Positions 42,932 through 51,227 of a DNA stretch of 55,415 bases are shown piece by piece. The notes below the pieces were generated by a model. It saw only the letters and a list, made by a program, of their open reading frames with translations, had not been told where the DNA came from and made no database searches. The DNA is from Spirochaetia bacterium. Lineage in GTDB: Bacteria > Spirochaetota > Spirochaetia > DSM-27196 > DATKUC01. A program made the position numbers and the translations under genes. The first letter of the stretch is position 1. Every line of letters starts with the position of its first letter. The stretch lies in NCBI GenBank assembly GCA_035530835.1, contig DATKUC010000013.1, positions 1 through 55,415 on the forward strand, given 5' to 3'.

Positions 42932-44230
42932 GTGTCTTTTAATTTGCGGATTGATCGCCCGATTGCACGCTTTTCGCTCATTGTGTGCGTATTGATGGCT
43001 GTCGGAGTTCCCGGTCCGAATGGAGCATTTTCGCTGCAGCGGGCCTTCGCGGATAATGCGGCGTCCACCACGACCCTGGCGCCCTACGTCTCGGCATTGC
43101 GGATAGCAATCCGTGATCCGCTGGTCCAGCTTACCTGGCAGAATCCGCCGGGAGTCAACGGCCCGGTGCGCGTGTATCGGTCAAAAGTCGAAATCGACAA
43201 CTCCACGATTGCTCAGGCCTCGCTTGCCGGTATTACCGATCCCGGGGCGGAGTCGTTTCTCGATATTCCTCCCGAACCCGGTGAATACTACTACGCGGTG
43301 CTGATACAGAAACCGGACAATAGTGTGTACGACGTGTTTGTGCCTTTTCGCAATATCACAACGCGCCCAATCCGCATTTCGGAGGCACCGACCCAGGCCG
43401 AGCTTGCCGCAACAGTCTCCGGTATGACGACGACGCGAATCAACGACGAGGTGGTGCTGCGGTTTCAGTCGTCGCGAAGCGGCCGGACACTTGTGATCTT
43501 CCGGAGCACATCACCCATCGATTCAAGCGATGCACTTTCCCGGGCGGTACGTATTCGGGAGGTCCCGTCGGATACATCGAGTGTTACTGATTTTCCGGTA
43601 CCCGGAATCGGCTACTATTACGCGGTACTCGACACCGCGCTTCTCACATCGGGAACTGTCGTATTGAAGGCAGGAGAAAACTTTACCGGCAGTGCAATTG
43701 AAGTGCCGCTTGGCGCAGAAGCGACCGGAATTCCTACCGCATCGCTTATACCTCGTCAGACAACGCCACTTCCCTTTCTCATACTGCAGGAGGGAATACA
43801 GTCTGGCTCCAATCTCGTTCCATCCCTGATACTTCCGACCCCGAACGCCACACTTGATCCAAAAACTGCAACAGCCGCCGAATGGCTCCTGTCGCACGTC
43901 CGAATCGAAGCACCCGCGCCACTGAAACCTGTTGTTCTCAACGAAGACAAAGTCTCCTCAGACAAAGGTGCGGAATATACTCTCAAAGGAATCGTACTTA
44001 CCCAGCTGGCCCACCATCAATGGAGCGATGCGGTCACTCTGCTTTCCAATTTGCTGACGCTACCGCTCCCTGCCGATATTCGTGCGCGCGCTCAGTTCTA
44101 CCTCGGGCAATCCTATTATTTCGCGGGGAAGTATAAACAGGCATTTCTCGCGTTTCTGCTCTCGAAGGATGTCTACTACACCGCGGCCGAGCCGTGGATG
44201 AATGCCATTCTGGACGGACGAACCGACTGA
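42932..44230 (+). CDS. Secreted protein with two FN3-like repeat modules and a C-terminal TPR-like helical region, function unknown
   Basis: GTG 42932 is preceded by GAGGTGGGG at 7 nt. The signal peptide ends AFA-D. There are two modules each ending YYYAVL (43286 and 43613). The C-terminus has ARAQFYLGQSYYFAGKYKQAFLAF. The track start at 42776 runs through the terminator. Confidence 0.6.
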   Translation: MSFNLRIDRPIARFSLIVCVLMAVGVPGPNGAFSLQRAFADNAASTTTLAPYVSALRIAIRDPLVQLTWQNPPGVNGPVRVYRSKVEIDNSTIAQASLAGITDPGAESFLDIPPEPGEYYYAVLIQKPDNSVYDVFVPFRNITTRPIRISEAPTQAELAATVSGMTTTRINDEVVLRFQSSRSGRTLVIFRSTSPIDSSDALSRAVRIREVPSDTSSVTDFPVPGIGYYYAVLDTALLTSGTVVLKAGENFTGSAIEVPLGAEATGIPTASLIPRQTTPLPFLILQEGIQSGSNLVPSLILPTPNATLDPKTATAAEWLLSHVRIEAPAPLKPVVLNEDKVSSDKGAEYTLKGIVLTQLAHHQWSDAVTLLSNLLTLPLPADIRARAQFYLGQSYYFAGKYKQAFLAFLLSKDVYYTAAEPWMNAILDGRTD

Positions 44231-44231
44231 T

Positions 44232-46271
44232 TCAGGACGAGAGCTTCTCGAGCGCGATCGATATGCTGGTCCTGTACTCGGCCCCCTGCGCGAGCTCGAT
44301 GCGGCGGCGAAAAACAATACACGATGACTGGTAGTGAGTATCGAATCCGCTTTCCGTCCGCGCAACCGTTTTCACCGGCAGGCTCCAGACTTCCGTGGGT
44401 TCAGGAAAGGAGACCACAATTGCTACCCGGTTTATGCGGTCATCAAATCCTACTCCGGTTGCACCGGCAAGGACATGCTTTTCCGCGTCAACTTCGACTG
44501 TGTCGCCGTTGGCAACGGTCTGATAGACGCGAAGATGCTCGGGAGCCATCGATTCAAACGCAAAGTTGAGTTCGGGTGCATGAAGCAGATGCACTTCACG
44601 CTCCCCCAGATTTCTGATCGTGTAGCTTACGACCACGGTAGTATCCCGGAACTGGAAGATCTTCTGGATCTCAACCGGAACCGGACCATTGGCGTCGATG
44701 ACGGTGCCCCGTGCAAGCAGGCTCAGAGTGTGCTGTTCCCGGTTGTAGCTCTTCGCCTCATAGAGTCGGGGAACGAAGTCTCCCTGTTCCTCATGAGACG
44801 CTGATTCGAACTGATCGATTCCGCATTCGTCGCTCAGAAAATGATCGATGAACGACTTTCGCAGATAGCGGTCGTATCCAAGCCTGGCGATCTCCGGCGA
44901 GTGATAGACCTCCTGGTGCCGGCTCATGGTGTCGAGGTAGTTCCATGGCGACGGCAGATAATCCAGCTCGAACAGAACACCGCCCTGCAAATGCACATAC
45001 GCGTTCAGGTCCTGCCCCTGGTAGAGGTACTCGGGAAGTCCATCCATATCGAAATCCACGGTAATAATCGATGGAATAAAGACACCCTGCTCTCGAGTGA
45101 CCTTTTCGGCCTCGATCAAAGATGCGTACACCCGCTTGCGAAGATGATTACGATAGATGCCGCCAGGCCTGCCGTGCCAGTATGCGTTGTTGCACTGCCC
45201 CTTCCACAGCTCCTCGCGTGCAGCGCTCTTACGGTACTTGTCTCCACGCAGCTGATTCACGAGAATGTGCGTATACTGCATCTTCGCATATAAAAGATTG
45301 CTTTCCGGATATCGGGTAAGGAAGTGGCGAAAAAAGCCGCCGAATACATATGCGTTCCGACCGTTCCCTGATCCCAGTTTGTCCCGAACTCCCTCGAGAT
45401 CCTTCTGCCGCTTCGGACTCATTGTCCAGTACATCATCTCCTCATACGAGGTTGACGGAAAATATGCCCTTGATCGCGCGACAGGTTTGCGCAGGTACCG
45501 CACGGGATTTATCGGCTGTATCCAGGAGAGGTTCTCCCGGACGAGTGTGAGAAACTGATGGAGCCACCGCTCCTCGTAGCAGATGCGATGTGAGTCTGTC
45601 GATCCACCGTAGCGTTCACCATCGTAGATTGCGACAACGACGCGGTCGTCATCTTCATCATCGGTTGCTTTTGAACGAAGGTACTCCAGGACTCTTTCAG
45701 CGGTATCGACGCACATCATCTGCTGGAGGTCGTGACAGTTCGGGAAGACAATGAGTGTCTTCCCCTGATCCTCTGTGACCACAGGTCGGTTCAACTCGCT
45801 CTCGGGAATTCCGCCGGTGATAAACTGATAGTCGTCAAGAAAAATGTACTCCATTCCGCTGTTCTTGAGCGTTGAGGCAAGCGAGGGTTCCCAGACCTGT
45901 TCGGTAATCCAGCTTCCGCGCGGCCGTCGTCCGAACAGCTTGCGCTGAAGGGTAGTGAGACTCTCGATCTGACCGAGTGCGTCAGCCCTGGGGATGAGCG
46001 GAAGCACCGGGTCATAGAACGCACCACCAAGAAGTTCGATCTGGCGTCTTCCGGCCATTTCCGAAAGGACATCAATAAACTCGCTGTGCCTCTCCTGGAG
46101 CCACTGAAGCAGGGTCCCCGAGTAGTGCATCGTTATGGCTATTTCCGGGAAGTTGTAAAGCTCTCGCAGAAACGGCTTATATGCGCTCTGATAGACCGCT
46201 TCAACCTCTTCATCGGGCGTGCCAACCGGTTGCGTGTTCGTTGTGCCGAAGATCAGTTTGACCTTGCTCAT
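44232..46271 (-). CDS. Glycoside hydrolase family 57 protein (alpha-amylase / 4-alpha-glucanotransferase-like)
   Basis: The GSWITEQVWEP nucleophile region, the AIYDGERYG acid/base region and a 679-aa length with a C-terminal beta domain. The GAGGGGGA SD overlaps the rnfB stop. Confidence 0.85.
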   Translation of the reverse strand: MSKVKLIFGTTNTQPVGTPDEEVEAVYQSAYKPFLRELYNFPEIAITMHYSGTLLQWLQERHSEFIDVLSEMAGRRQIELLGGAFYDPVLPLIPRADALGQIESLTTLQRKLFGRRPRGSWITEQVWEPSLASTLKNSGMEYIFLDDYQFITGGIPESELNRPVVTEDQGKTLIVFPNCHDLQQMMCVDTAERVLEYLRSKATDDEDDDRVVVAIYDGERYGGSTDSHRICYEERWLHQFLTLVRENLSWIQPINPVRYLRKPVARSRAYFPSTSYEEMMYWTMSPKRQKDLEGVRDKLGSGNGRNAYVFGGFFRHFLTRYPESNLLYAKMQYTHILVNQLRGDKYRKSAAREELWKGQCNNAYWHGRPGGIYRNHLRKRVYASLIEAEKVTREQGVFIPSIITVDFDMDGLPEYLYQGQDLNAYVHLQGGVLFELDYLPSPWNYLDTMSRHQEVYHSPEIARLGYDRYLRKSFIDHFLSDECGIDQFESASHEEQGDFVPRLYEAKSYNREQHTLSLLARGTVIDANGPVPVEIQKIFQFRDTTVVVSYTIRNLGEREVHLLHAPELNFAFESMAPEHLRVYQTVANGDTVEVDAEKHVLAGATGVGFDDRINRVAIVVSFPEPTEVWSLPVKTVARTESGFDTHYQSSCIVFRRRIELAQGAEYRTSISIALEKLSS

Positions 46272-46277
46272 TCCCCC

Positions 46278-47198
46278 TCAGCCGGATTGAACCGGTGATT
46301 CCTCCCTCGATGTACTCACTTTGCGCCCGATTGGAACAATGCTTCCCGCGGGTAGAATGCACCTGGTGGGACAGGCCTCCATCCCGTCCCGGCGATCCCC
46401 CTTCTGAGTGTAATCCACATTACACAGATTGTGTTCGACATGATACCCACCGGCGGGACTTTTTCGCTCGCACAGCCTGCATCCGGTGCACCCGAGCGAA
46501 CAGTATTCGGCGACCTGGGCCTCGGAATCCGGTGAGTTGCAGCCGATGATGACATCCGCGCTTGCCGGAACCCATTTCAGGACGCCGGTCGGACAGACGT
46601 CCAGACAGAGGCCGCAGGACACGCAGAGGTTCCTGTCTACCCAGACCCTTCCATCCGGTCCATTTCCAATAGCGTTGACCGGACAGACCCGAGCGCAGGA
46701 GCCATGTCCGAGGCAACCGTAAACACATTCGCGGTCGCCGCCATACAATCGGGCAGCTGAATTGCAGTCATCGTGACCGGAGTATCTGAACTTTTCCCTG
46801 ACGGCTGTCCGAGGATGTCCGACGCTCTCCGGATCGGAACCGCTGCTCCGCGACACCGGTGCCCGGCAATGTACCTGAGCAACCCGACGCGCGCCACTCA
46901 CCTTCACCTCGATACCGAGAGCTTCGCTCAGCAGTCGAGCAGTCTGCCGCCCTCCCGGCACACATTTCGAAGGAGTATCGCGATCACGGATAGCTCGCGC
47001 ATACTCATTGCAGGTGGCATATCCACATGTCCCGCAGTCGTAACCGGGAAGAGCCGCACGGTAGGTCGCGAGGCGAACGTCCACCCGATATCCGGTGATG
47101 CGCGCAAGGGCGGACAGCAGCATACCGAGCAATCCACCGAGAACTCCTATTGCGACGCCGCCCACCAGTACGTGAAGGAATTCACCTGTGGTCAACAT
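46278..47198 (-). CDS. rnfB: Rnf complex subunit B (Fe-S, polyferredoxin type)
   Basis: N-terminal TM helix, the CGTCGYATC cluster and several CxxCxxCxxxCP ferredoxin motifs (for example CVSCGLCLDVCP). An alternative GTG start at 47216 overlaps the rnfA stop. Confidence 0.85.
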   Translation of the reverse strand: MLTTGEFLHVLVGGVAIGVLGGLLGMLLSALARITGYRVDVRLATYRAALPGYDCGTCGYATCNEYARAIRDRDTPSKCVPGGRQTARLLSEALGIEVKVSGARRVAQVHCRAPVSRSSGSDPESVGHPRTAVREKFRYSGHDDCNSAARLYGGDRECVYGCLGHGSCARVCPVNAIGNGPDGRVWVDRNLCVSCGLCLDVCPTGVLKWVPASADVIIGCNSPDSEAQVAEYCSLGCTGCRLCERKSPAGGYHVEHNLCNVDYTQKGDRRDGMEACPTRCILPAGSIVPIGRKVSTSREESPVQSG

Positions 47199-47212
47199 CA
47201 CCGCTGCACCGG

Positions 47213-47803
47213 TCACCCGAGCAAGTTCCGCAGGAACGCCGTGTCGAATCCGAGAAACGCCATCGCCATAAGCCCCGCGCTGACGAACGCAATGGGAATA
47301 CCGCGAAAGGGCTTCGGTATCCACTCCAGATCGAGACGTTCGCGAATCGAGGCCATGACTACGGTCACAAGAAGGAAGCCGATTCCCGCGGAGAATCCCG
47401 CGAAAAGACTCTCAAACGCACTGTAGTTCGCGTTCACCGCGATGAGAGCGATACCAAGCACTGCGCAGTTGACTGTGAGCATCGGAAGGTACGAGCCGAG
47501 GCTGCTATGCAGCGCTCCGGAAGACCACTTCGTAATCATCTCCAGGATCTGTACGAGGCCCACGATGATCAGTAGGAAGGTCAGAATCTGCAGGAACGTT
47601 ATGCCGAGCGGTAGCAGGACCAGGTGATAGATGACCCAGGTCAGAAGTGCCGCAAGGGACATCACAATGACCATCGCGAGGCCGAGTCCGGCCGCGGAGT
47701 CGAGCCTCCGTGTAACGTTCACGTAGGAATACAGACCAAGCAAGTCAACGAGAACGAGGTTCTGTACGAGAGTATAGGTGATGATAATTCCGATGTATGT
47801 CAT
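47213..47803 (-). CDS. rnfA: Rnf complex subunit A
   Basis: Polytopic protein of 196 aa, homologous in pattern to RnfE. GAGGA SD lies 7 nt before ATG 47803. Confidence 0.9.
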   Translation of the reverse strand: MTYIGIIITYTLVQNLVLVDLLGLYSYVNVTRRLDSAAGLGLAMVIVMSLAALLTWVIYHLVLLPLGITFLQILTFLLIIVGLVQILEMITKWSSGALHSSLGSYLPMLTVNCAVLGIALIAVNANYSAFESLFAGFSAGIGFLLVTVVMASIRERLDLEWIPKPFRGIPIAFVSAGLMAMAFLGFDTAFLRNLLG

Positions 47804-47813
47804 TTCCGGGTCC

Positions 47814-48485
47814 TCACGCAATCTGTCCGGATTTGATGTCGGCTCCCTCACCTGAGGCCTTGCGCATCCGGTACGCATTGAACATCGCCTTCAAATACCC
47901 GAATACCAGGAACGCGCCGGCCGACATTCCGAGCACTTTGATCGGTGCGGCTCCAAGCCCTGGAATAATAAGTGTCCCGTTCCATCCGGCAACCGGAAAG
48001 AGCGTAATCGTGCCATTCCCGAGCACCTCTCGAAGAAGGGCGATGAGCGTCAGTGCAAGCGTAAAACCGATACCCATACCGAGCGCATCGACGACCGAAC
48101 GACCGGCGCTGTTCTCCCTCGCGAATGAGTTTGCCCGGTCAATTATGATACAGTTTACCGCAATCAGTTGAGCGTACAGGCCGAGATCGGCGAAGAGTGC
48201 CGGCGTGTATGCATGCATGAAGAGATTAACGATTGTCGAAAGAGTGGCTATGATCGCCACATGCGCAAGCGTCCGAACTTTGCCGGGAATGAAATCCTTC
48301 AGGAGTGAAACGAGAAAGTTCGTCGCAATGAGCACAATTGCCACGGCAGCGCCCATACCGAGCGCACTCGATACCTTGTTTGACACCGCAAGTGCCGGGC
48401 AGAGCCCGAGCAGCGTCATGAAAATGGGGTTCTCGCGCACTAAGCCTTTCATCAAATCTTCGCTCAGCGTGTTCCGGCTCGTCAT
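47814..48485 (-). CDS. rnfE: Rnf complex subunit E
   Basis: KGLVRENPIFMTLLGLCPALAVS N-terminal signature and a polytopic fold. GGAGGA SD. Confidence 0.9.
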   Translation of the reverse strand: MTSRNTLSEDLMKGLVRENPIFMTLLGLCPALAVSNKVSSALGMGAAVAIVLIATNFLVSLLKDFIPGKVRTLAHVAIIATLSTIVNLFMHAYTPALFADLGLYAQLIAVNCIIIDRANSFARENSAGRSVVDALGMGIGFTLALTLIALLREVLGNGTITLFPVAGWNGTLIIPGLGAAPIKVLGMSAGAFLVFGYLKAMFNAYRMRKASGEGADIKSGQIA

Positions 48486-48691
48486 ATGATTCCTCCGAAA
48501 AGCTCAGATGAAGGTGCGCTCATCTCCCGCGCCGCGTGTATGACAATCGATCCTGCCGGATGCATCTGCGCTTTCCGCTTACCCTCCGACGCGATAACGG
48601 GCGAAAGGAAAAAATAGACCACCCCGATCACCAGGGCGCTCGCGAGACATATGACGAGCAGCCGCAGGGCCGCACCGAAAACGGCATTCAT
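48482..48691 (-). CDS. rnfG: Truncated RnfG-like protein: TM helix plus a short tail, no FMN-binding domain
   Basis: It occupies the rnfG slot between rnfD and rnfE. GAGGAG SD lies 5 nt before the ATG. ATGA overlaps occur at both ends. The N-terminus LLVICLASALVIGVVYFFLSPVIA resembles the RnfG anchor. It is only 69 aa and has no S/T-G-A-T motif. Confidence 0.5.
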   Translation of the reverse strand: MNAVFGAALRLLVICLASALVIGVVYFFLSPVIASEGKRKAQMHPAGSIVIHAAREMSAPSSELFGGII

Positions 48692-49878
48692 ATACGCTCC
48701 TCACGCGCCGCACCGGAATGCTGACTCGCCACCCGCAATTCGCGGCCTGTCCGTACTCCATACCGGCGCGGAGAGGTGAGCTTGTTGATGAGCGGTACAA
48801 AGATATTCATGAAAATGATGGCCAGAGCTACCCCCTCAGGGTAGCTGCCGTAGGTCCGAATCAGAAAGGTGAACGAGCCCACTCCTATTCCGTAGATCAG
48901 CATTCCGGACGAGCTCATCGGCGAGGTGACAGGGTCTGTTGCCATGTAGAACAGAGCGAGCATGAAACCGCCGGTAAGAATCTGAAACAGCACATCTCCG
49001 GTAAAGTACCCGGCATGATACCTTACTCCACCGAATATCCAGGTCAGAAGCGCAAACGAGAGAAAGTAACTCGAAGGGATCTCCCAGCGGATGATCTTGC
49101 GTCCGAACATGAATACGCTTCCGAGAAGCAGAAGGAGTGCTGAAACCTCACCAATAGAACCGGGAACATTCCCGATAAATGGATCGATATACCCTCCGGG
49201 CAGATGAGCCCCCAGACGATCAAGCAGGTGGGCGTTTATCCAGCTGGTAACCTGTGTGTCAATCTGACTCTGCGGAAAACCGAGCTGATGCAGTACGTCG
49301 ATCGGACCGGTTCCCGACAGATGTGTCTTCACCAGCCCGAGCGGGGTTGCGCCGCTCAGCACATCCGGCAGCGGCTGAGCACCGTCGCCCACGAGCGTCG
49401 AGGGCATGGTCCAGCGCGTCATTGCACCGGTCCAGGAAAAAAAGACGAATACGCGCCCGGCGAGCGCAGGGTTCATCCAGTTGCTGCCCAGCCCGCCGAA
49501 CGTCCACTTCACCACAACTATGGCAAACGCACTCGCAGCAGCCGGGATGAGGAGAGGGACCTCCGGAGGCATGCTCATTCCGATCAGCAGACCGGTCAGG
49601 ACTGCACTCCCGTCCCGCACTGTGGCCGGTCGGGCAATCGATGCCGCCTTTGCACTGACCCGATCAATTAAAAGCTCGAAAAGTACCGATACTGCTATGG
49701 CAACTCCAAGAACCGCAGCCGCGTGTGCACCAAAGACCGCTACTCCCCAGGCAGTTGCCGGCAGCAGGCACAGTACGACCGACCACATGACCCGGGCGGT
49801 CGATGTCCGATCGTGAAACTGCGGTGCACCGGTGACTACAAGTTTCGACGAAGATTCGTTCTCGTTCACGCTGCTCAC
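48688..49878 (-). CDS. rnfD: Rnf complex subunit D
   Basis: SGATPL covalent-FMN motif and a polytopic fold. GTG 49878 overlaps the rnfC stop (GTGA). The track ORF extends to 49986, inside rnfC. Confidence 0.85.
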   Translation of the reverse strand: MSSVNENESSSKLVVTGAPQFHDRTSTARVMWSVVLCLLPATAWGVAVFGAHAAAVLGVAIAVSVLFELLIDRVSAKAASIARPATVRDGSAVLTGLLIGMSMPPEVPLLIPAAASAFAIVVVKWTFGGLGSNWMNPALAGRVFVFFSWTGAMTRWTMPSTLVGDGAQPLPDVLSGATPLGLVKTHLSGTGPIDVLHQLGFPQSQIDTQVTSWINAHLLDRLGAHLPGGYIDPFIGNVPGSIGEVSALLLLLGSVFMFGRKIIRWEIPSSYFLSFALLTWIFGGVRYHAGYFTGDVLFQILTGGFMLALFYMATDPVTSPMSSSGMLIYGIGVGSFTFLIRTYGSYPEGVALAIIFMNIFVPLINKLTSPRRYGVRTGRELRVASQHSGAAREERI

Positions 49879-51218
49879 ATTCTCTCCTGTTTCTTCGCCG
49901 GCAGATCCAATGCGTAGTGTTTCCCGGTCTTCAGTCCCTGCACGAGCGGGATGTGGGCAGGGCAGACATAACCGCAAGCTCCGCACTCACTACAGTCCAT
50001 GAGCCCGATTCCAACTGCGTCGCTGTACTGCCGATGGTCTATCAGCTTGTACAGACGTGTCGGATCGAGTCCCATCGGGCATGCGCGCATGCAGCTGCCG
50101 CACTGGATGCAGGACGTCTGCGGCGCCTCGCCGATCTCAGCGGCCGTCAGCGCAAGGATACCCCGCGTCACTTTGGTCACCGGAGTCGATACGTCGTAGA
50201 CGCCGAGCCCCATCATGGGGCCACCGACGATGATGCGCGCGGGTTGCTCTACGAAGCCACCGCAGTCGAGGATGAGATCGGAAATTGGCGTGCCGATTCT
50301 GACTTTCAGATTTCCGGGGCGGCGGACCGCGGCGCCGGAGACGGTGACTATGCGTTCCATGACCGGTTTGCGCAACACTATCGCCTCATACAGCGCAAAC
50401 ATTGTCGCAACATTGCAGACAACAACGCCGGTGTCCCTTGCTGTTCCGCCGGACGGCACTTCGCGGCCGGCAACCGTTCGGACTAACTGCTTTTCGTCTC
50501 CCTGCGGATAGCGGCCTGAAACGGTGATGATACGTGTTTCGGCATCGCGCTCTCCCAGCAACGGTTTGATCGCCGCTATGGCGTCCCGCGCACCACGATC
50601 CAGCACAATCGCGACTCGCCGGGGTGAGAGGATTTTCCGTGCAATGCGAACAGCTTCGAGAAGTTCGTTCGCCTTCTCCACCATGAGTCGATGGTCGGCC
50701 GAAAGGTACGGTTCGCATTCGACTCCGTTCAGAACGAACCACTCGAGCGTCTCTCCGCTCCGGGGTTCGAACTTCACGTGCGTCGGCGTTCCGCTGCCGC
50801 CCATGCCCACTACGCCATATTCCAGGATGAGTTCACGCAACTTGTCCGCGGACAGCTGATCCCATTTCGAGATACGAGGCACCTTGCCGAGCTGATCAAA
50901 CTCACCGTCGAGTTCGATCACCGCGGCAAGACTCGCGGTTCCCCCCGCAAGTTGCACGGTGCGGATCTCCCGAACCACGCCGGGAATCGGCGAATGTACG
51001 CGCGCGGACACGCCGCCTGACGCGCTGCCGATGAGCATCCCCTCTCGCACACGATCACCGGGATGTACGAGCGGCAGCGCGGGCGCTCCGTCATGCTGTA
51101 GAAATGGAACTACGGCCACACCCGGAATCGCGGCGTTCCAGATCCGCTTGTTTCGAGTGGAGGCCTTACGTTCATACGGATAGACCCCCGCGCCGCGGAA
51201 GTTTCGAAGTGATACCAT
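49875..51218 (-). CDS. rnfC: Rnf complex subunit C
   Basis: GMGGSGTPTHVK (NADH/FMN site) and two 4Fe-4S motifs, CIQCGSCMRACP and CSECGACGYVCP. Confidence 0.9.
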   Translation of the reverse strand: MVSLRNFRGAGVYPYERKASTRNKRIWNAAIPGVAVVPFLQHDGAPALPLVHPGDRVREGMLIGSASGGVSARVHSPIPGVVREIRTVQLAGGTASLAAVIELDGEFDQLGKVPRISKWDQLSADKLRELILEYGVVGMGGSGTPTHVKFEPRSGETLEWFVLNGVECEPYLSADHRLMVEKANELLEAVRIARKILSPRRVAIVLDRGARDAIAAIKPLLGERDAETRIITVSGRYPQGDEKQLVRTVAGREVPSGGTARDTGVVVCNVATMFALYEAIVLRKPVMERIVTVSGAAVRRPGNLKVRIGTPISDLILDCGGFVEQPARIIVGGPMMGLGVYDVSTPVTKVTRGILALTAAEIGEAPQTSCIQCGSCMRACPMGLDPTRLYKLIDHRQYSDAVGIGLMDCSECGACGYVCPAHIPLVQGLKTGKHYALDLPAKKQERM

Positions 51219-51227
51219 GTATCCTCG

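Noticed and set aside
48482-48691. The idea that the short rnfG is a frameshifted pseudogene of a full-length gene
   Set aside because: Only about 200 nt exist between rnfD and rnfE, so no other frame could hold the missing 120 or more codons. The ORF keeps an SD and overlaps both neighbours. An assembly deletion cannot be excluded from sequence alone.
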